Of a DNA stretch of 64,000 nucleotides, positions 50,061 through 57,700 are shown in pieces (positions within the stretch are counted from its first letter, which is position 1; every line of letters starts with the position of its first letter). Position numbers and translations under genes: made by a program. Source of the stretch: Amoebidium appalachense (lineage: Eukaryota; Protista; Ichthyosporea); the NCBI GenBank assembly GCA_963693365.1, contig CAVNZM010000008.1:6830830-6894829 (forward strand). Reading direction: 5' to 3'. The notes beneath the pieces were generated by a model, which did no database searches, was not told the DNA's origin, and saw only the letters and a program-made list of their open reading frames with translations.

Positions 50061-51286
50061 TGTTGGAGTGCAGACTTACGCTCACTCCACAATATGTGTA
50101 TGTTAGCTTTACAATTGGTTCCGTGTACACAGACACACGCTGACACTCGATCACCACATGCACATCTGCATAGTTGAGGAATGTTGCCAATTGTGTTTTG
50201 ACTGCAAACGATTGGTTCACTGGTCCCAGAGATCTCTAAATGAAAGTAACCAATCCGATTAGCGCCTGGCATCCGGATTACATTCCAGACTGCTGCCCCA
50301 CGGGTATATAAGCCACGGCTCTGCCAGGTGCAGAAATGGAGTTCAGTCATGGAGTTCAGTCATGGAGTTCAGTCATGGAGTAAAGACATGGAGTTCAGTC
50401 ATGGAGTAAAGACATGGAGTTCAGTCATGGAGTTAACACACTGAAAGCAGTAAAAAAACGGGTCAGCGCCCAAGCGCGCCACGACGAGGGCCTAGTCACA
50501 GCGGACTCTACTTCCAACAGGGTTATGGGCCCAGACACGACACCGCGGCCTCTAACTTCACGTCCCCTACGACGCCTTGAACGGAGGAGCCAGAAACCGA
50601 CTTCTAGGCTGTACCCTACACCCGCGAGCGTATTTCCGTGAAGTAGAGACTTTCGCTTCCACAAACTCCATCCGCAGCAGCCTGCGACATCAATGTGAAC
50701 GTCAAGTATTCCACTTCATTGGCGGGGCACGCACCACAGTGGAATGCACACCCCGGTCTACCCTGCAAGCAGCCACACTCACTCTCTCTTCTCTAGTGGT
50801 GTGTACACTTCTCCAATTGGGTAGGGGTGTTGGAGTGCAGACTTACGCTCACTCCACAATATGTGTATGTTAGCTTTACAATTGGTTCCGTGTACACAGA
50901 CACACGCTGACACTCGATCACCACATGCACATCTGCATAGTTGAGGAATGTTGCCAATTGTGTTTTGACTGCAAACGATTGGTTCACTGGTCCCAGAGAT
51001 CTCTAAATGAAAGTAACCAATCCGATTAGCGCCTGGCATCCGGATTACATTCCAGACTGCTGCCCCACGGGTATATAAGCCACGGCTCTGCCAGGTGCAG
51101 AAATGGAGTTCAGTCATGGAGTTCAGTCATGGAGTTCAGTCATGGAGTAAAGACATGGAGTTCAGTCATGGAGTAAAGACATGGAGTTCAGTCATGGAGT
51201 TAACACACTGAAAGCAGTAAAAAAACGGGTCAGCGCCCAAGCGCGCCACGACGAGGGCCTAGTCACAGCGGACTCTACTTCCAACA
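50061..51286 (+). mobile_element. Non-autonomous miniature LTR retrotransposon (TRIM)
   Basis: Two 459-bp LTRs (50061-50519 and 50828-51286; TGTTGGA..TCCAACA) that appear identical, 5-bp TSD CTTCC, PBS GGGTTATGGGCCCAG at 50520, PPT ..AATTGGGTAGGGG before the 3' LTR, and a 308-bp internal region without retroviral ORFs. The LTRs contain a TATA box and 13-bp CATGGAGTTCAGT tandem repeats. Confidence 0.95.
50520..50534 (+). promoter_or_regulatory. TRIM primer-binding site complementary to the anticodon arm of initiator tRNA-Met (half-tRNA priming)
   Basis: GGGTTATGGGCCCAG is the reverse complement of CTGGGCCCATAACCC in eukaryotic tRNA-iMet, the same PBS class as Drosophila copia. Confidence 0.85.
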
Positions 51287-51690
51287 CTTCCGTCATTGAA
51301 CTCCTGGCCATCGCAGCCGCCGTGGCCCTCTGGGCCCCCTCCTGGTCCACCCACCATGTCCGTATTTTATGCGACAACACGGGTGCTGTGTCTGACCTAC
51401 ACTCCCGGTCTTCCCCCCACCCCGTGATGGCCAAACTTCTTCGGTTCATCACCCGCATGGAAATGCAATACCAATTTACGTTACAGGCATCCTACCTACC
51501 AGGACCCCTCAACCATCTGGCCGATGCCATTTCTCGTAACCAACTTCCCCGGGCCCGACGACTCCGACCTTCCCTGCAACCGGAGCCCTGCCCCTTCCCC
51601 TCCTGGGTCCACGAGTTCCTATCCCTTCCCTTGGGCTAACCCCCCCCCCCCCCCCCCCCAGATCTCCCGTTCCGGAGCAACGCTGGCAGA

Positions 51691-52722
51691 TTGGCCCCCC
51701 ACTTTGCTCCGGCCGAGCTGCTTCGAGCCACCACTACCCTGCAGGAATGCCAGGCCCTGAGTCTCAACCTCGACTCTCGGGCCTTTTACTCCCGGGTGCA
51801 GAAAGTGTTCATCGATTTCTGTGTGGCATCTCGGCTGCAATCCCCCTCCGGGTCCTCCCTCCCGGCCTCCCCACACACCGTGCAACTTTTTCTCGCCTGG
51901 TGTGCCCAACGAGGGGTACAGGCCTCTTCCTTAACCGGCTACAATTCGGCCATCACCAGGCTCCACCTCGACATGGGCCTCCCTGCTCCCTACCCCCACG
52001 ACAAGTCTCTGGCCTGGTTCCTACGGGGGGTGGGCAGATGGCAGCTTTCTCACAACATCCGACCCCGCTCATCAACCAGGGAACCCCTCCTGCCCTCCCA
52101 CCTCAGCCTACTTCATGGCCAGTGCCCCACAAAGGCCTCCTCGGCCAATCTCCGGCTATGGACAGCCCTCATCGTCGGTTTCTGTGGTCTCCTCCGTTCA
52201 GGGGAATTTACCTCCAAGACCCTGACTTCTTTCAACCCGTCCCGTCACGTTAAACGGAAAGACGTGACCTTCACCTACACCCCCACCGGTACTTTGTCAC
52301 ATGCCACCCTCCACCTGCCAACCTCTAAGACGGATGTACAGGCCCGAGGTGTCAACGTCACTCTAGCTGCCCTGCCCCTCACCCATTTCTCCCCAGCCCA
52401 TCTCCTCCGGCAGTTCCTGCATACAACGTCCGGTCAACCCGACGACCCCCTCTTCAGTCTCGGTGGCATCCCCTACACCAAGAGTGCTTTCTCTGCCGAC
52501 TTCCGTGCCCTCCTCTCCCGGGCAGGCCTCTCACCCTCCCGGTTTGCCGGACACAGCCTCCGCATCGGGGGGGCCACAGCACTGGCTGAGGCCGGGGTCG
52601 ACGACTCCCGGATCAAACAACTCGGCAGGTGGTCCTCCGACTGTTTCCTGATCTATACACGACTTCGTCCGGCCTCCATTGCTGCCACTACCACACGTGT
52701 ATTCGCCTCTATTCTTAAGTGA
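51691..52722 (+). CDS. Ngaro tyrosine recombinase; start uncertain
   Basis: Catalytic residues in GLLRSGE, SKTD, GHSLRIGGAT and GRWSSDCFLIY. The ORF is uninterrupted. Confidence 0.93.
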   Translation: MAPHFAPAELLRATTTLQECQALSLNLDSRAFYSRVQKVFIDFCVASRLQSPSGSSLPASPHTVQLFLAWCAQRGVQASSLTGYNSAITRLHLDMGLPAPYPHDKSLAWFLRGVGRWQLSHNIRPRSSTREPLLPSHLSLLHGQCPTKASSANLRLWTALIVGFCGLLRSGEFTSKTLTSFNPSRHVKRKDVTFTYTPTGTLSHATLHLPTSKTDVQARGVNVTLAALPLTHFSPAHLLRQFLHTTSGQPDDPLFSLGGIPYTKSAFSADFRALLSRAGLSPSRFAGHSLRIGGATALAEAGVDDSRIKQLGRWSSDCFLIYTRLRPASIAATTTRVFASILK

Positions 52723-52750
52723 AACCTTTGGAGCAAGCATGCTGCTCTCG

Positions 52751-53395
52751 TGCCGTGGTTTACAACCATTGCAGGTTCACTTTCGTCCAAGGGGATGTCC
52801 CCCTAGAGGCAACACACGTCCCGGAGTAGTTTTCATAGAGGTTTTATTTGTGGAAATTATTGACATAAATATTTTTCTGGGTAAACACGTAGGATGGGTG
52901 TCCGATATCAACAGGCTTTGTTTCATGTTTTAGCAGTTCGCGTTCGGCTGCCCGCATACGGGCACCTATTAGCCGATCAAAACATCAGATTCCACAGATC
53001 ACTAGACCGAGTCTGATTGGCTCAGGATAAGATTTCACATAACACTAGATCGGTTTTGATTGGCTCAGTTCGGTAGCCGTAGGTATATAAGCACGACAGT
53101 TTTTAGCAGATCAGCAGGCAACAACACATCTTCTGTGTTTAGCACCTACAGCTTTACAGCTATATTTTCTTTTCACCCACCCACCTACACCCTACACTCA
53201 ACCCCCATTGATCCCCACATACGTGCTGTTTTTTCACGGGGCGAAGACTTCCCCCGTTTTTTGGGCACAAGGACCTCACGGATCAATAAATTGATGACTG
53301 GGGGCCTGCCGTGGTTTACAACCATTGCAGGTTCACTTTCGTCCAAGGGGATGTCCCCCTAGAGGCAACACACGTCCCGGAGTAGTTTTCATAGA
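52751..53395 (+). repeat. Ngaro 3' repeat block B1-A2-(spacer)-B2
   Basis: B1 52751-52839, A2 52839-53176, B2 53307-53395. Confidence 0.95.
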
Positions 53396-53698
53396 TCGCT
53401 TTACACTATCACTTAGCAAGTTGGGTCGTTTAGGCAGCCCGGCAGATGCCTTAGTTTTAGCGAGCTGCTATTGGTCAGTTTCGATCGATACTATTTACTT
53501 CCTTGCCACCCCATAATAACTAACTACCCAAGCAGGCTAGGACGGCTTATATGCTGGCATATGCACAACGAGGGGGTGGTCTCATTTGCCATATCGGCCC
53601 ATGCATTGACTAACTCATCGTGGCAGCGGCCGAATATGAGGGGGAAAACGGGGGGGGGGGGACTTACAGCATTGGTCGGCTGTAGTGTTCCAGGGCGA

Positions 53699-53807
<109 letters not shown>

Positions 53808-53830
53808 CGTGTGTTGTGTGTGTGGGTGGG

Positions 53831-53862
<32 letters not shown>

Positions 53863-54122
53863 ACCATCCACCTGCGGCAGACAGCACACTTCAGTGGTGC
53901 ATGTTTGAGGGTTGCAGTGGCAGTGGTTAGTTTGTGCCCACAGGACTCATGAGGATGGGCCTATGGTTATGTGCCGGCTTAGGGGGGGGGGGGGAGGGGG
54001 GGGGGGGGGCTCTTTCTCCTTGATTTTCGTTCAGTGGAAGGGGGTGTCGGGCGTGTGTGTGTGTGTGTGTGTACGTCGGAGTGTCGGGACCGTGTGTGTG
54101 TGTGTATGTCGGGGTGTCGGGG

Positions 54123-54181
<59 letters not shown>

Positions 54182-54763
54182 GGGGTTGGTTTAAATGGAC
54201 GTGGCAACCAGGGTTACAGAGATGGAGAAATAGGGGCACTAAGAAAACACATTTCTGTAAGGTGTTGTGTGGGGGTGTGGGCGTGTAGCCATGTGGCTGC
54301 ATGCCAATCTCGCGGCAGCTAAGAATAGCACGGTGAGTGTAGCCAAGACAGCTGTGGCCTAGGGGGCCACGTACGGCAGGTCTCGTTACAGGGTGTATCG
54401 TAGTAGCTGCTGCCCACACAGTCTGCCCCCCTGCACTGGGGTAGTGGGTTTATGCACGTGCGCTGCATCTGCTGCACGCACGTGCGGTGCTGGCAGCCCG
54501 TGCTGGCCCTTGCCGACCACCCGCCGTTAATGGGCACTGGGGGGAGGGGGGGGGGGGGGGGGGGGTGTATGAGAGGCTTATGTTTTATGCCCAGAACGGG
54601 TGCTATATTTGTGCATGCTCGTGCAATTAGGGAGGAAGAGAGGCTGTATCCCACCCTGGGGGGAGGGTAAAGGCAACCACAGAAAGCCAAAGTCGCTGTG
54701 TGTGAGCTCTGTAGGTGGCAGGTTGGGTGAGGGGGGTGGGGTTGGAGCTGGGAGGGGCGTCAG

Positions 54764-57700
54764 TGTTGGACATCGTGTTCATAGAAGCTAGTTCTAGTGC
54801 ACGTTGTTCCTTCTGTAAGTCAGAAATGATTGCATCTTGTGAGGCCAACCTCTGCTCCAGTAGTTGGACTAGTTGCTGCAACTGTAAGTTGTCAGACATA
54901 GTGTCGTGTATGATGGGTAACTTGTCTATGTGTTTTGTGCACTGAAAACGACAGTAGAAAAGTGTAAATCAAACGTTCTGCTTCCCATGTTTGTGACATG
55001 GGAGGCACTGCTTTATATAGTCGTTGGCCACCTCATGGTGGCCTCGTGTGCACCCTGGTGGTGGGCCATGTACAGCATGGCCGAAAAGAGAGCACAATGA
55101 AAACAAGTCGTTAAAGATATAAAAGTTAACTGTGCACGTTGAGTGGCTAGTTAACTTGCACTAAAGCACACAAATAAACGTGTTTAACACACCAATTGCA
55201 GTTAAACGTAAATCTTACTTCACACAACTAAAAATATTCTGAGAATATCCGGGAATAAAGTACACTACCACTCTAAGAATAGAATCCTGTGGCAAATATA
55301 GACATGACATCATCTGAACCGGGAATATTAATTAATGAGCACAATTAGCACGTTGCTAGTGAAGCTCGTCATTGGTACAGTTTTGGCTCAAACATATAAC
55401 TACCATATATGAATATGACCGTAAACAAAAGCTCTATGCACTCGAGTGAGTGGTGAAACAGTTATTCAATTGCTCAGAAACTTTCTCTAACAGACATTGC
55501 TAGCCGGGAGTACCAGTGTACTCCAACACCCCTACTCAATTGGATAATTGTGGTATGAATTAATGCAACTGAGCTCGAGTGCTTCAGGTGCACAAAATAC
55601 AGACAATAAAGATTCCCCTACTCAATTTTAGTATGGTACACGTAGTTGCACAGTCGGATGCAACTCTCTCCCCCCCCTGAAGTATGAGGGCGCAGTTGGT
55701 TGATGACGGGTGCTCAGCACATGTTGAGCATCCCCACGGCCTTGGTGAAGAAAGAGGCAGACAGGGCCTTGGTGAACATGTCGGCCTTGTTGTCAGCAGA
55801 AGCCACCGGGACCACAGTGATGTTGCCCAGCAGGTGATGTTCCTTGACGGAGCAGTAGCGGACGTCGATGTGCTTGGTCTTGGGCTTAACCCCCAGGGTG
55901 TCCAGCAGGGCCCGGGCAGACTCATTGTCCCCATGGATGGGCACCGGGGTGGGCTCATTGATAGGATTAAGGCCCAGGTCGTCCATCACATAGTTGAGCC
56001 ATATGGCCTCGTTCGTAGCAGCAGACATGGCCACAAATTCAGCCTCAGTGGAGCTGTGGGTGGTGATGGACTGGAGCCGAGACACCCAGGACACAGGGGA
56101 GGAGTTGATGAAGAAGACATAGCCCGTGGTGGAGCGCCGGGTGTCGCGGTCCTCGGCGTAGTCGGAGTCGGAGTAGCCAACAAGGGTGGGGGGGCCGGGA
56201 CGGTAGACAATACCCAGGTCGATGGTGGCCAGCAGGTAGCTTACAACTCTGGTAGCCATAGTCCAGTGGGTGACGGTGGGCGCATGAATGTGTCGAGTAA
56301 GGACTCCCAGAGCCTGGGAAATGTCGGGGCGGGTGGTACGCGCAATCCACAGCAGGGCACCGACCAGGCTGGCATAGTCCTCCTTCTTGCTGTGGGCTGG
56401 GGTCTTGTTGCTTTCACTGGCCTGGCCCGGGACGATGGGGGTCTTGGTGCCGGACATGTGGGTGAGACGAAAACGGGCAGCCAAGTCGATGATGTGTTGA
56501 CGATGGCCCAGACGCAGAGACCCGTCCTCCAGCCAGGTAAGAGTGTGCCCGATGAGCAGGGTAGGACGACCCAGGTCCTTGGCAGAGAAACGAGCATCCA
56601 GCTTGGTGAAAAAATCGTCGATGAGCGCATCAGTGGCGGCCGTCACGGTGAAGTCATCCACGTAGGCAGCAAGGGCAATAAACGTTGGGGTCCCGGCATT
56701 CTTGATGAACAGGCACGGGTCAGCAGCACTCACAATGAAGCCTTGGTCGAGGAGATGGTCACGGAGGGCCTCATACCACTGGCGCGGTGCCTGTTTTAGG
56801 CCGTAGAGCGCCTTGTGGAGCAAGCCGACAGCATGGGGGGCCGAGGGGTTGACGAAGCCAGGGGGCTGCTCAATGTAGATGGTCTCGTTGACGGTGCCGT
56901 TGAGGAATGCTGTGTTGACGTCGATGTGGCGCAGAGGCAGACCTTGGGCCACGGAGGTAGCCAAAACCAGCCGGATGGTAGCCAGCGCAGCCACAGGTGA
57001 CTCGGTGACGAAATAGTCCTGGCCAGGCTGCTGGTAGTTGCCCCGGGCCACAAGCCGGGCCTTGAAAGCAGTGACGTTGCCGACGTTGTCCTGCTTGACC
57101 GTAAAGACCCAGCCGACCGGAATGACAGTGGAGCCATCCTCTGGACGGGGCACAAGGGTGAAGGTGCCGTTGTCTTCCAGGGCCTTGAGCTCATGGTGTG
57201 CAGCCTCCTCCCATTTCAGACGCTGGGGACTCTTGAGTGCAGCCCGGACAGTCTTGGGGACAACAATGGTGGAAGCCTTGATGGGTGTTGATGCAGGAGC
57301 CGTAGCCTGGGAGGCAAGGGGGGCCGTAGCAGCAGCCACGTTGGCAGTCGGGCCTCGACGTTGGTCGTTGTACACAGCGCCACTACGGGTCGTCCGGGGG
57401 AGCCGATGTGCAGGCTCGGGCAGGATCGGAATGTCCAATTGATCACTCGGCGCTGTCCCATTGGCTGACAGACGAGACGAATCAGATTGCTGATCATTCC
57501 GGACGATGTGATTGGCTGGCTGATTTGACGAATCAGATGACTCCAAAAAATGATGAATTGCCGGTGCGGTCGACCAATCAGATGGGACATCACGGAGGGG
57601 GTGCAGAATAGCAGCCTCGTCGAACTGCACGTCACGGCTGACGGTCATCTTGTGTGCTGCTGGAATCCAGACCTTGTAGCCCTTGATGTTAGGAGGGTAG

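Larger units (their letters stand above)
48558..51639 (+). pseudogene. Ngaro reverse transcriptase/RNase H, interrupted by the TRIM at 50061-51286
   Basis: KYRRIHHLSWP, DVQAAFRHMPI, LPFGLKSSP and YVDD. RNase H reads TDAAG..LGSS|VIELLAI..CDN..NHLADAISR. Removing the insert and one CTTCC copy restores the frame. The true start is uncertain because of poly-C tracts. Confidence 0.92.
47553..53395 (+). mobile_element. Ngaro-type (DIRS order) tyrosine-recombinase retrotransposon with split direct repeats
   Basis: A1 47553-47890 = A2 52839-53176 (338 bp) and B1 52751-52839 = B2 53307-53395 (89 bp), in the order A1-ORFs-B1-A2-B2. Gag-like, RT/RNase H and YR ORFs are present. No TSD. Confidence 0.93.
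47293..53493. mobile_element. Possible short non-autonomous element (15-bp imperfect TIR) split by the Ngaro insertion
   Basis: Left end TAGTCTCGATCAAAA, reverse complement of the right end TAGTATCGATCGAAA. Both sides carry a related TGCCTTRGTTTT..CGAGCT..ATTGGT motif. No clear TSD. Confidence 0.3.

Noticed and set aside
50520-50827. tRNA or 5S cargo in the TRIM (Cassandra-like)
   Set aside because: Only short hairpins were seen, with no recognisable A/B/C boxes or cloverleaf.
51292-52750. Methyltransferase or hydrolase cargo in the YR retrotransposon
   Set aside because: RNase H is followed directly by the YR and then repeat B1, with no room or motifs for an extra domain.
55684-56799. 371-aa plus-strand ORF and other antisense ORFs over the Copia
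   Set aside because: They are shadows of the GC-rich pol frame with no recognisable motifs.
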